64,000 nt of DNA, taken from contig CAWKLN010000001.1 in assembly GCA_963850465.1 (NCBI GenBank), positions 64,915 to 128,914 of the forward strand, given 5' to 3'. Within the stretch, counting starts at the first letter, position 1. Each line of letters starts with the position of its first letter. This DNA is from an uncultured delta proteobacterium. Lineage in GTDB: Bacteria; Desulfobacterota; Desulfobacteria; Desulfobacterales; UBA5852. A model generated the notes under the pieces. That model worked only from the letters and a program-made list of their open reading frames with translations, had not been told where the DNA came from and did not search any database. Of this stretch, positions 38,336-47,744 are shown piece by piece. The translations under genes were made by a program, and so were the position numbers.

Positions 38336-41155
38336 ATGATTCTTACCTGCCAGAAATGCAGTACCAGTTTCAGACTGGATGAAACATTGTTGAAGGCGAC
38401 CGGATCGAAGGTTCGCTGTTCACTGTGTCGGACGATCTGGGTGGCGTTCCCTCCCGAGACATCGATTGAGGACTCCCCGGAGTCCGCCGACGGTGACATC
38501 GGGCTCGGTGCGACAGCGTTTGCGGATGCCGGTGCCGATGCGGGGGATACTTTGGCAGGCGCCACGGAAGCATCGGCCAAAAAAGTCGAAGCCTCGGTGG
38601 CGGCACCTTCGGAACTGAAGTTTTTTGCCGATGGTGATATCGGGGAGGATCTGTCCGACGATGACGAACTCGTAACCAATGAGATCAATCTTGATGAACT
38701 GGATCATCTTCTGACTGAGGAAGGTGATCGCATGACACGACCGCAGCCCGACGAGGATTTCAAGACGGAAGAGCTCAACCTGGCCGATCTTGAAAAAATG
38801 CTTGATCTCGAAGCAGACCAGGGACAATCGGAAAAGGAGATTGAACAACCGGAACCCGAAGAACTTGATCTGGGGGATGATCTGACGGACGATCTGGCCT
38901 CGGCCGCGCTGGAACGGGAAGATAGTGTCATCGAGGAGCTCAATCTCGACCTTGAGGATCTCGAAACCCTGCTGGAAGAAGATACCGGGTTAAGCGATGA
39001 AATCGCCGCTGTGGAAGAGAGCACCGGCGGACTCGAGGAAGATATCGAAGGTTTCGATCTGGATAGCGGTGATTTGGCCGAAGATGATGTCGAGCTGGAC
39101 ATGGCCCCAGGCCTGGAAGAGTTGTTGGAAGATGACGGCAAGGCGCCGGTTGTCGAGGAAACGGAAGAAATCGTTGTGTCGGAGATCGAAGATGCTCTCG
39201 AAGAACCGGAGCGTCAACCCGGGTCAAACGCCGGAGAAGACCAGGCAATGGATTTTGAACTGGCGCCGGAACTTGACGGCCTTTTTGATGAAGGTGACGA
39301 TTTAGAGGTTGCCATCGAAGAAACCGAAGAGCTGGACTTTTCCGAACTTGGTGCTGATTTGGCGCTGGCGGATGAAGAACCTGAAGAAGAGATTGAAAAG
39401 GCAAAAGAAACTCAGGACGGAGCGGCTGACGAGGAATATCTGGAACTTGAGCTTGAACAGGACGCCGTATCTGATGATGGTCTCGATGATGAAGCCATGC
39501 CTGAGCTTGACCTCTCGGAATTGAGCCAGGCCTTGGAAGAGGGCGGCCCTGAAACGGCTAAAGCTGACGAGAATGTCGAAGAACCCGAGCTCGAGTTGGG
39601 AATGGACACGGATGCGGCCGAAGACGGAGATGCGAAAGACCTCGCTTTCGAAATGGAAGATTTTGATCTGACGGATGATGCCGAATCGTCTGAAGCCGTC
39701 GGTGATGGCGTCGAAGAAACACGCGAACTGGATATTGACGAGCTGGAATCCCTGCTTGAGGGTTCCGGTGATGCACCGGCTGCGGCTGTTGAAGAATCTT
39801 CTGACAGCCTGGAACTGGATATCGATCTCGACGATTTAAACGGGGGTGACGACGATGAAATGGACGACGCCACCCGTGAGCTTGATTTAAACGATATCGA
39901 GAAAATTCTGGAGATGGATGCGGCCGGCGAGAAAGCCGATGATGAACCGGTGGATGCATCCCAAGATCTCGATCTCGATCTGGATATGGATATGGACAGT
40001 GTCCCGCCCCCCGTGCCGGAGGCAGAAGAAACCGGAGAGGAATCCACAGGCATGGACAACCAGTTGGACTTGTCCGAGTTGGAAAAAATGCTGGACGTGG
40101 AAGATACCACCGACTCGCCGACTGATGCTGATGAAGATATGCACGATCTCGATCTCGACTTTGATCTCCAGCCGGCGACTGATGAGAGTGATGATCTTGA
40201 TCTCGAATTCGACATGCTGGACGAAGAACCGGGAGAGGCCTCGGCTCTGTTTGATACCTCCGAGTCCGAAGACCTGGGTCTGGACCCGGATGACGGCGTC
40301 GCGGAAGGTGGCGGTGATAACGATTTCGAGAGTGATCTCGATTTTGAAATCATGGATGAAGATTTTGCTGTGGAAGAGGTTGATCTGGATATTGACGCCG
40401 AGGAGATTGGCGCGGCGACCCTCTCAGAACCCATTTCAGCCAGGGCTCGCGGCGGGTCCGGCGATATGCGCAACCGGGACTTGACACAGGAACTCATGGA
40501 TGAAATGGCCGCGGCCGATACCCAGACCATGGCGGCGCCACCGGTTGAAGCCAAGCCCATCAAACCGCCGCCGCCGATGAAAAAGAAGAAAAAATCGAGC
40601 AAAAGCCTGGTGCTCCTCTTCATCCTGATTCTGCTGGGCGGGGCGGGGTATCTGCTGCCAAAATATACGGATATCAAGCTGCCGGCGATCAAGATGCCGG
40701 ATCTCTCAGGCATTCCTTTTATTGGGGATTTCTTGGGCGGCCAATCGCCGGAGGCAATTGTTGTCGTCGAAGCTTCGCTGCAAGGCGATTGGGTCCAGAA
40801 TCAGCAGGCCGGAAGTCTCTACAAGATCCATGGGCAGGTGAAAAATACTTACGCCGGCGCGCGCAGCTATATCCGGGTGACCGGGCGCGTATATGCGAAC
40901 GGGCGCAAGTTTCAGCAAGCGGCCAAGGCCTACTGCGGCAATATCTTGACAGCGGATGAACTGGCCACATTGTCCCTGGCGGATATCCAGAAAAAGCTCA
41001 GCAACCGAAGTGGTTCGGACAATAGCAACGTCAAGGTGGCCCCGGGTAAGGAAGTCCCATTCATGGTTGTATTCGGGGATCTGCCACCGGAGATCGAACT
41101 GCAGGAATTTGCGGTAGAAATATCCGGATCGTTGCCGGTGGCTGCTTCCAAATGA
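38336..41155 (+). CDS. MJ0042-type zinc-ribbon / DUF3426 protein with a ~650-aa Asp/Glu-rich low-complexity centre and one TM helix
   Basis: N-terminus MILTCQKCSTSFRLDE...VRCSLCRTIW. TM segment LVLLFILILLGGAGYLL. A C-terminal beta-domain like DUF3426. Confidence 0.7.
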   Translation: MILTCQKCSTSFRLDETLLKATGSKVRCSLCRTIWVAFPPETSIEDSPESADGDIGLGATAFADAGADAGDTLAGATEASAKKVEASVAAPSELKFFADGDIGEDLSDDDELVTNEINLDELDHLLTEEGDRMTRPQPDEDFKTEELNLADLEKMLDLEADQGQSEKEIEQPEPEELDLGDDLTDDLASAALEREDSVIEELNLDLEDLETLLEEDTGLSDEIAAVEESTGGLEEDIEGFDLDSGDLAEDDVELDMAPGLEELLEDDGKAPVVEETEEIVVSEIEDALEEPERQPGSNAGEDQAMDFELAPELDGLFDEGDDLEVAIEETEELDFSELGADLALADEEPEEEIEKAKETQDGAADEEYLELELEQDAVSDDGLDDEAMPELDLSELSQALEEGGPETAKADENVEEPELELGMDTDAAEDGDAKDLAFEMEDFDLTDDAESSEAVGDGVEETRELDIDELESLLEGSGDAPAAAVEESSDSLELDIDLDDLNGGDDDEMDDATRELDLNDIEKILEMDAAGEKADDEPVDASQDLDLDLDMDMDSVPPPVPEAEETGEESTGMDNQLDLSELEKMLDVEDTTDSPTDADEDMHDLDLDFDLQPATDESDDLDLEFDMLDEEPGEASALFDTSESEDLGLDPDDGVAEGGGDNDFESDLDFEIMDEDFAVEEVDLDIDAEEIGAATLSEPISARARGGSGDMRNRDLTQELMDEMAAADTQTMAAPPVEAKPIKPPPPMKKKKKSSKSLVLLFILILLGGAGYLLPKYTDIKLPAIKMPDLSGIPFIGDFLGGQSPEAIVVVEASLQGDWVQNQQAGSLYKIHGQVKNTYAGARSYIRVTGRVYANGRKFQQAAKAYCGNILTADELATLSLADIQKKLSNRSGSDNSNVKVAPGKEVPFMVVFGDLPPEIELQEFAVEISGSLPVAASK

Positions 41156-41206
41156 TTTTTCGACTTGACTTCGGCTGGGGGGCCTGTTAAAAGGCTGCTT
41201 TTCTCT

Positions 41207-41283
41207 GGCGATGTAGCTCAGCTGGTTAGAGCATGCGGCTCATATCCGCAGTGTCCGGGGTTCAAGTCCCTGCATCGCCACCA
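41207..41283 (+). tRNA. tRNA with CAT anticodon (Met; a lysidine-modified Ile2 cannot be excluded)
   Basis: Manual cloverleaf: acceptor GGCGATG/CATCGCC, anticodon stem TGCGG/CCGCA with loop CTCATAT, T-arm CGGGG-TTCAAGT-CCCTG, encoded CCA. Confidence 0.9.
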
Positions 41284-41295
41284 GGTCTATTCAAA

Positions 41296-41329
41296 GGCTG
41301 TAATCCTGACGGGTTACAGCCTTTTTTTT
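41296..41329 (+). terminator. Intrinsic terminator after tRNA-Met
   Basis: ggctgtaa...ttacagcc stem followed by T8. Confidence 0.8.
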
Positions 41330-41452
41330 GGCGCGCGCGCGTGATGAAATTCGCGATCGGGTGCGATCTATGGGGCGGTTGACATCCCGGGATAGATTGC
41401 ATAGTCAATTGGAGGCGTTTTGCCATGATGCCAACGAAAAAGGAGGTTTAGA

Positions 41453-41668
41453 ATGTGGAAAAAGATAGCTGTTGCGTTGATTTGTTCCATTTTTCTTTGT
41501 GTGACGCTCACCAGTTGCGGTGGCGGTGGCGCCAAAGTTGAAAGCACGGTAAGCACGCAAACTCTGGGGCAGCAGTTGATCGATCTGGATAAAGCTTACA
41601 AAGAAGGGGTCATTACCGAAAAGGAATATAATAAATCCAAGAAAGCGCTGATGGAAAAATACGAATAG
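41453..41668 (+). CDS. Small lipoprotein with C-terminal SHOCT-like motif
   Basis: AAAGGAGG RBS, lipobox LTSCGG, C-terminus GVITEKEYNKSKKALMEKY. Confidence 0.7.
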   Translation: MWKKIAVALICSIFLCVTLTSCGGGGAKVESTVSTQTLGQQLIDLDKAYKEGVITEKEYNKSKKALMEKYE

Positions 41669-41982
41669 AGATCGTGCCAGGTGGCCCGGCAATAATGCGG
41701 GCCGCCTGGTGAATACGCCTGCCGCTCGTCGCCTTGCCCCATAAATATCCAATGCCGCCCGCTCTTATCCATCACGGATTGCCATTTTGCCAGGATAACA
41801 TGAATAAGAGTGTTTTGTCGAAAGCGATGATCTCGACGATGGTGTAACGCGACTACCATATTTAGCCAATTCTTTAGATCTTGAAAATCCTTTCGGCCCT
41901 GTATTATAGTCATCACTTATTGCTGGATTTTTGGAAAACCGGATCACGGACGGTTCCACGAGAGGCCGCCACGATCTGAAAG

Positions 41983-42376
41983 GTGTCCATGTTCACCGGC
42001 TTTGAAAATATTGTAGAAGACCGTATACGTCGTGCTCAGAAGCGCGGCCTGTTCGACAATCTGACCGGCGCCGGAAAACCCCTGCCTAAGGATGTTATCG
42101 GCGATTCGGTGCCCGAGGATTTGCGCCTGTCCTATCGGATTCTCAAAAATGCGGATTGCCTCCCGCCTGAGGTCGAGGTGCAAAAAGGAAATTCGTCGGA
42201 CTGAGGATTTATTGGCCGGTATGGGCGACACGCAAACGCGCTATCAGACCTTGAAAAAGCTCAATTATCTTATCCTTAAACTGAATACCATTCGCAATGG
42301 TTCCGCCGCTTTGGAGATGCCCCAGCATTATGCCGAGAAATTGGTGGGGCGATTGGAAGAAGATGCTTCAAAATAA
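41983..42376 (+). CDS. DUF1992 (DnaJC28-like) protein; frameshift at 42182-42188
   Basis: RIRRAQKRGLFDNLTGAGKPLP...RILKNADCLPPEVEVQK continues as EIRRTEDLLAGMGD in ORF 42092..42376. The break is at an A5/GG run. Confidence 0.65.
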
Positions 42377-42475
42377 GGGGATTGGGGCGACTCCTTTGGT
42401 CTCATTTTCTATTACCCCCCTCTAATAGCTCGGCCTTCCCCTTGACTGCCAACGTTCGAGATGATGTAGATCGAC

Positions 42476-42961
42476 ATGCCGATATTTAAGAAAAACCATA
42501 ATGAAGGCCTCATGACAAGCGTCATGATGGCCTACATGATCCTGATTCTGCATATTTTTTTGGTGATGGGGTTGGGCGTTCTCGTGGTTTTTTTTCGTGG
42601 CATTGTCCATTACATGCTCTGGATATTTCTGTTTGGGGCGCTCGGGATATTGGCTTCGGGATACTGGTTTTACCGACGGATGAAAGCGGAGGGTCGCAGC
42701 CTGCGCGAAACACTTAATTCTCCCCTATTCAGGAATAAAACGGTGGAGGTCAGCCTGCTGGGAGGGTTGGCCCAGTTTCGTGTCGGTCAGTCGAACGCAC
42801 CACCGCTGCTGGATCAAAATCTGTCCGATGCTTCCCGGCAGCTGGGATGGTCGGGCGACTCACAGGTCCAGGAACTCACGGAACTTGCCCGTTTGCTGCA
42901 AAGCGGACTCATAACACCTGATGAGTACGAAAAAGCCAAAAAGAAGATTTTCCAGTCTTGA
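42476..42961 (+). CDS. Membrane protein with C-terminal SHOCT domain
   Basis: Three hydrophobic helices, then ELTELARLLQSGLITPDEYEKAKKKI. Confidence 0.65.
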   Translation: MPIFKKNHNEGLMTSVMMAYMILILHIFLVMGLGVLVVFFRGIVHYMLWIFLFGALGILASGYWFYRRMKAEGRSLRETLNSPLFRNKTVEVSLLGGLAQFRVGQSNAPPLLDQNLSDASRQLGWSGDSQVQELTELARLLQSGLITPDEYEKAKKKIFQS

Positions 42962-43025
42962 TCGTAGGCCGGCCATGTTGGATAATAGCGCTTAACCCAC
43001 CTTCTCACCCAAAGGAACCATTGCG

Positions 43026-43979
43026 ATGAAAAAACTCACGATTGCTCTGCTTGCGGGCGGGGTTTCCTCAGAAAGGGACGTGTCCCTTAACAGTGGTGAA
43101 CAGGTTTTCCAGGCCCTGGACAAAACACGGTATGATATCATCCGCTACGACCCCAAGACCGACTTGCCTAAACTGGTGGCCGATGCCGGCAAGATCGATG
43201 CCGCTTTGGTAATTCTGCATGGCCCTTTTGGGGAAGATGGTACTGTTCAGGGTATGCTGGACCTGCTTGGCATCCCCTATCAGGGGGCTGGTGTCCTTGG
43301 CAGTGCCGTGGCTATGAACAAGCTTGTGGCCAAACGGCTGTATGAGCACGCCGGCTTGAAAATCCCTCCCTATTGTATCGTCCGGCGTGGTCCCATTCCG
43401 GAACTGGGTGGCTGTGTTCAGCACCTTGGCTTGCCGATCGTGGTTAAGCCGGTGGAAGGCGGGTCCAGTATCGGCATGTCGATCGCCGCTTCGGAAAAAG
43501 AACTCCACGATGCGGTTGAGGAAGCATTCAAGTTCGATGACTTAGTACTCCTGGAAAAACACCTCACGGGTACCGAAGTAACCGGCGGTGTGCTGGGCAA
43601 TGATGACCCCGAAGCCATGCCGCTCATCGAAATTATACCCGGCGAGGGGCATGCTTTTTTCAACTACATGGCGAAATACACGGCGGGTGAAACGCAGGAA
43701 ATCTGCCCGGCGCGTATCAGTGATGCACTTACCGACAAGGCCCAGGCCTGCGCTATCCAGGCCCATGAGGCTCTTTTTTGCCGGGGATACAGCCGGACGG
43801 ACATGATCATTCATCAGGACGACATCTACGTTTTGGAAACCAACACCATCCCCGGCATGACCGCGACCAGCCTGTTCCCTCAGGCGGCGGCCAAAGCCGG
43901 GCTGGATTTTACGCGTTTGCTGGACCGGTTGATTGCCCTCAGTCTGGAAGGGCATGCCGGTCAAAGACCGGGAGCCTGA
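43026..43979 (+). CDS. ddl: D-alanine--D-alanine ligase
   Basis: HGPFGEDGTVQGMLDLLGIPYQGAGV and the ATP-grasp core are typical of Ddl. Confidence 0.9.
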   Translation: MKKLTIALLAGGVSSERDVSLNSGEQVFQALDKTRYDIIRYDPKTDLPKLVADAGKIDAALVILHGPFGEDGTVQGMLDLLGIPYQGAGVLGSAVAMNKLVAKRLYEHAGLKIPPYCIVRRGPIPELGGCVQHLGLPIVVKPVEGGSSIGMSIAASEKELHDAVEEAFKFDDLVLLEKHLTGTEVTGGVLGNDDPEAMPLIEIIPGEGHAFFNYMAKYTAGETQEICPARISDALTDKAQACAIQAHEALFCRGYSRTDMIIHQDDIYVLETNTIPGMTATSLFPQAAAKAGLDFTRLLDRLIALSLEGHAGQRPGA

Positions 43980-44049
43980 ACACGGTCGTCTGCTTCTTCA
44001 AGGTGCTCGGTTAATTTCTAACTTTAGCGAGGTACGAGGGGAGGTCTGT

Positions 44050-45822
44050 ATGAAAGTGCTGGTGATCGGAAGCGGCGGCAGGGAGCATGCCTATGCATGG
44101 AAAATTGCGCAAAGCCCCCTGGTCAAGAAAATATTCTGTGCCCCCGGAAATGCCGGCATCGCGTCAGTGGCCACCTGTGTGCCCATCGATGCCGAAGATG
44201 TGTCTTCATTGCTGGCATTCGCCAAAAAAGAGAAGATCGATCTGACGATCTGCGGACCCGAAGGGCCGTTGGCCAAAGGCGTCGTGGATATCTTCGAGGC
44301 GGAAGGCTTCAAAATATTTGGGGCATCGCAGAAAGCCGCAGAGCTGGAAGCCAGCAAATCTTTTTCTAAATACATCATGGAAAAATACGGAATTCCGACC
44401 AGCAAGGGAGAGACGTTTACCCGTATTCAACCGGCCCGCGCTTATGTAAAGAAAATGGGTGCGCCCATTGTCGTTAAAGCGGATGGCCTGGCGGCCGGCA
44501 AGGGCGTGATTGTCTGCCAGACGGTAGAGGAAGCACTGGATGCCCTGGACCGGGTCATGGTGAAAAAAGAATTCGGGGCGGCCGGTGACAAAGCCGTCGT
44601 CGAGGAATGCCTGGTGGGTGAAGAAGCCTCCTTCATTGCCTTTACGGATGGTAAAACCGTCCTGCCGCTACCGTCCTCCCAGGATCACAAGCCGGTTTTC
44701 GATGATGACAAAGGGCCCAACACCGGCGGTATGGGCGCTTATTCGCCGGCGCCGATCGTGGATCGCTATCTTCACGATCGTGTCATGAAAGAGGTCATGA
44801 TTCCTACCGTGCAGGGTATGGCGGCGGAGGGGCGGCTTTATAAGGGGTTTCTATATGCCGGTCTGATGATTGACGGCGACAAGATCGGCGTCCTGGAATT
44901 CAATGCCCGGCTCGGCGATCCGGAGGCACAGCCGTTGCTGATGCGCGTCAAGAGTGACATCGTACCGATCTTGCTGGCGATTATCGATGGCCGTCTGGAT
45001 CAGGTGCGACTGGAGCTCGATGAACGGGCCACCGTCTGCGTGGTCATGGCCTCCGGGGGCTACCCGGGGAAGTATGGCAAGGGGATTCCCATCAGTGGTC
45101 TCGATGCGGCGGGCCGGATGAAGGATGTCGTTGTTTTCCACGCGGGCACAGGAACCAAAGGCAAAAACATTGTCGCCAACGGGGGCCGCGTGCTGGGTGT
45201 TACGGCGCTGGGCGACAACGTTGCCGAGGCGATCAATAGGGCTTATGAGGCGGTGGAGAAGATCAAGTGGCGCAAGGTCCACTATCGCAAGGATATCGGT
45301 CAGAAAGCGTTGCGGCGGTTCCAGCAGAAACCGGCCGTGGGCATTGTCATGGGAAGTGACTCCGATCTTGGTGTCATGAACGGGGCCGTGGCCATGCTGA
45401 AGAAATTTCATGTGCCGTTTGAGTTGACCGTGGCATCGGCCCATCGGACACCGCAACGGGCGGCGGAATGGGCGCGCAATGCGTCGACCAGAGGGATAAA
45501 GGTCATCATTGCGGGGGCGGGTCACGCGGCCCATCTGGCGGGCGCCATGGCCGCCCAGACAACGTTGCCGGTGATCGGTGTGCCGATTGATTCTTCATGC
45601 CTGCAGGGGTTGGATGCGCTGCTGTCGACGGTCCAGATGCCGCCGGGGGTTCCCGTGGCGACGATGGCCGTAGGAAAGCCCGGCGCTAAAAATGCCGGAT
45701 TGCTGGCCGTTCAGATTTTGGCATTGTCCGATCCTGAACTCGCGGCACGCCTGACGACCCACCGTCAGGAAATGGCCGATCAGGTCGAACGCAAAGCCGC
45801 GGCTCTCCTGCGGGTTGAGTAA
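44050..45822 (+). CDS. purD-purE: Fused phosphoribosylamine-glycine ligase (PurD) and N5-CAIR mutase-type PurE
   Basis: [14 protein letters not shown]... full PurD through [10 protein letters not shown]. After the linker RRFQQKP comes [11 protein letters not shown]...ASAHRTP...AGGAAHL-like PurE, with no stop between them. Confidence 0.8.
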   Translation: MKVLVIGSGGREHAYAWKIAQSPLVKKIFCAPGNAGIASVATCVPIDAEDVSSLLAFAKKEKIDLTICGPEGPLAKGVVDIFEAEGFKIFGASQKAAELEASKSFSKYIMEKYGIPTSKGETFTRIQPARAYVKKMGAPIVVKADGLAAGKGVIVCQTVEEALDALDRVMVKKEFGAAGDKAVVEECLVGEEASFIAFTDGKTVLPLPSSQDHKPVFDDDKGPNTGGMGAYSPAPIVDRYLHDRVMKEVMIPTVQGMAAEGRLYKGFLYAGLMIDGDKIGVLEFNARLGDPEAQPLLMRVKSDIVPILLAIIDGRLDQVRLELDERATVCVVMASGGYPGKYGKGIPISGLDAAGRMKDVVVFHAGTGTKGKNIVANGGRVLGVTALGDNVAEAINRAYEAVEKIKWRKVHYRKDIGQKALRRFQQKPAVGIVMGSDSDLGVMNGAVAMLKKFHVPFELTVASAHRTPQRAAEWARNASTRGIKVIIAGAGHAAHLAGAMAAQTTLPVIGVPIDSSCLQGLDALLSTVQMPPGVPVATMAVGKPGAKNAGLLAVQILALSDPELAARLTTHRQEMADQVERKAAALLRVE

Positions 45823-46465
45823 GATTGCCACCATCGATCCGGCCGCACCGGATCCTGCGGTAATCCATCAGGCCGTGGACATCCTGCAAAAAGGTGGATT
45901 GTTGGTGGTTCCTACGCGGCATCTTTACGGGCTGGGGGTGGATGCCCTGAACCCCCAGGCTGTTGCGCGGGTATTTGCGGCCAAGCAGCGGCCCCTTCAT
46001 CAACCGCTATTGATACTGGTGGCATCAAAGACCGACGTCTGTAATTATGCCCGCGGCATTGATGGCAGAGCAACGGCCCTGATGGACACCTTCTGGCCCG
46101 GCAAGGTGACGATTGTCCTGGAGGCCCGATCGATTCTTCCGATGGTTTTGACCGGCGGCACCGGACGTATTGGTATTCGCGTACCCGGGCATCCCGTGTG
46201 CCGGGACATTGTGGGTGCCCTGTCCGGACCGCTGACGGCCACGAGTGCCAACCTCTCCGGCCATCCGGGTTGCCACCGAATCGAAGACTTGCATCCTGAT
46301 ATTGCCGCGGCCGCGGATTTCGTCCTGGATGCCGGCCCTCTGCAACCGGGTCTGGGATCGACGGTGGTTGATATCCGACCATCCGCGGTACATATTTTAC
46401 GGGAAGGTGCGGTTGCGGCCTCGGATATTCTGAACGCCTTGAGTGACCGGGGCATGACGCAGTGA
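45815..46465 (+). CDS. tsaC: L-threonylcarbamoyladenylate synthase (YrdC/TsaC family)
   Basis: PTRHLYGLGVDALNPQAVARVFAAKQRP and SANLSGHP motifs. The TTG start overlaps the purE stop. Confidence 0.8.
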   Translation: MSKIATIDPAAPDPAVIHQAVDILQKGGLLVVPTRHLYGLGVDALNPQAVARVFAAKQRPLHQPLLILVASKTDVCNYARGIDGRATALMDTFWPGKVTIVLEARSILPMVLTGGTGRIGIRVPGHPVCRDIVGALSGPLTATSANLSGHPGCHRIEDLHPDIAAAADFVLDAGPLQPGLGSTVVDIRPSAVHILREGAVAASDILNALSDRGMTQ

Positions 46466-46598
46466 CCGGAGACGTCAACCGATCTGGCGTTGATGGTACG
46501 ATTGCCATGAAGGATGCCATGCCCATGACAGAGTGTTGATGCGCTTCGGTTTGGGTTGACAATTACAGGCAGGTTGTCTAAGAAATAGATCCTGCTTT

Positions 46599-46686
46599 GC
46601 CGGAGTGGTGAAATTGGTAGACGCGCCAGACTCAAAATCTGGTGGGCCTTGCGCCCGTGGGAGTTCGATTCTCCCCTTCGGCACCA
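46599..46686 (+). tRNA. tRNA-Leu (CAA)
   Basis: Acceptor GCCGGAG/CTTCGGC, anticodon arm CCAGA-CTCAAAA-TCTGG, a long variable arm, T-arm GGGAG-TTCGATT-CTCCC, encoded CCA. Confidence 0.9.
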
Positions 46687-46697
46687 AGTAAATTCGG

Positions 46698-46733
46698 GGG
46701 GGTTACGCTACAAAGCGTAACCCCCTTTTATTT
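46698..46733 (+). terminator. Intrinsic terminator after tRNA-Leu
   Basis: gggggttacgct-acaa-agcgtaaccccc followed by ttttattt. Confidence 0.8.
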
Positions 46734-47053
46734 CTGTAATAGCGTGATGGGTACAGATACGGTACACAGTTCTTCTCGACGAATCAAGTTTTCCCCGCCC
46801 CGGTACGCATTTGGTACAGGTTGATTTGCGAACTCCGATGCTCATAGGTTCTTTCAAGTCAAAATAGCAGTAGCAAATTTGAACATGGATCTTCCGTCCC
46901 TTCATTTCGACAACCTTCTTGAAAATCCTGCCCACCTGAAAGCCTATACGTGGGTACCCAAAGACCCCAATGGACACGAATGACAACATATCTAAAGCCT
47001 GGCAGCTATTCGCAGCTTTTTGTTTGCCGCTCAAACGCAAATTGTGATAGAAC

Positions 47054-47377
47054 TTGGTAAGAACCAGCCACGAAGGAATAGACACCGGATTGATAGACTC
47101 AGAATTGTTGATTGATTTCGACCCTATCCCTCTGTCCGTAGATGCCAAAACGGGAATGCTGATCATGGCAAAGTCCACCAATCTAAGATACCGGACCCTT
47201 TCCAAAGCCTTGGCGATTATCGACCCGGAAAGTATGCTGGTGCCAGGGACTAAGGAGCATAATTGGGTTACGGAAACGATCCTATCTTGGATGTCGGAAA
47301 TGGAACCTGGCGAGGTGTTCCGGATGTCTAAGGACGCTCGGCACATTTTCAAGCGCGAAATGCGAACTTGGCAATGA
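47054..47377 (+). CDS. Hypothetical small protein, paralogue unit 2 of a tandem repeat
   Basis: Shares SKAL-I-DPE-L-PG with the next ORF, with silent third-position differences (see findings). Confidence 0.4.
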   Translation: MVRTSHEGIDTGLIDSELLIDFDPIPLSVDAKTGMLIMAKSTNLRYRTLSKALAIIDPESMLVPGTKEHNWVTETILSWMSEMEPGEVFRMSKDARHIFKREMRTWQ

Positions 47378-47583
47378 TACCGCAACGAACAGACGAAAAC
47401 GACACTTTCTCTAAAGCCTTGGTGATCTTCGACCCCGAAGGCACTCTCACGCCAGGGAGCCGAGGATACGATACGATCAGTGCAATGATTCGTGGCTGGA
47501 TCGATCAATGCGGTCCAGATTATGCGCTTGGCATGGCTCAGACAGGTGCGAAGCACCTGCATAGGTGGCGGAAGTTTCTTTGA
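47368..47583 (+). CDS. Hypothetical small protein, paralogue unit 3 of a tandem repeat
   Basis: FSKALVIFDPEGTLTPGS... is paralogous to 47054..47377. The start codon is uncertain. Confidence 0.35.
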   Translation: MAMIPQRTDENDTFSKALVIFDPEGTLTPGSRGYDTISAMIRGWIDQCGPDYALGMAQTGAKHLHRWRKFL

Positions 47584-47744
47584 GATAGGCGTAATATCCC
47601 CCAGGTATCGCCCTTCCTTATCCACGGCATAAAAAAGGCAGAGCCCCACTTAGGGATCTGCCGCTTTCATTTTGTCTAAGGATCTATTCAGTTGTCAGTT
47701 CGGATCATCGCACTGGGGGATGGTGCGATATTTTGCTCATGTTA

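Noticed and set aside
39964-39997. Short nucleotide repeats (gatctc x3, ggatat x2) that could suggest a repeat array or CRISPR
   Set aside because: They lie inside a continuous coding frame (DLDLDLDMDMD), there is no spacer-repeat periodicity, and no cas genes are present.
39412-40713. 433-aa Ser-rich ORF antisense to the acidic zinc-ribbon protein
   Set aside because: It is the mirror image of GAn/GAT-rich acidic codons, which read as Ser/Ile-rich antisense. The sense ORF has defined N- and C-terminal domains.
41596-41959. Minus-strand ORFs (106 aa and 64 aa) in the AT-richer gap after the SHOCT lipoprotein gene
   Set aside because: They overlap each other and the 3' end of the + strand gene, have no RBS, and match no recognisable family. 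They may be a gene remnant, but this cannot be supported.
46708-47649. 313-aa ORF on the minus strand, the longest ORF in the islet
   Set aside because: It runs antisense to the tandem repeat units. Differences between units are silent or conservative only in the + strand frames, and the minus ORF reads homologous units in different phases. Its sequence is Cys/Ser/Arg-rich with no motif, and its 3' end runs into the tRNA-Leu terminator hairpin. I kept it as a caveat because an ORF this long in AT-richer DNA is statistically unusual.
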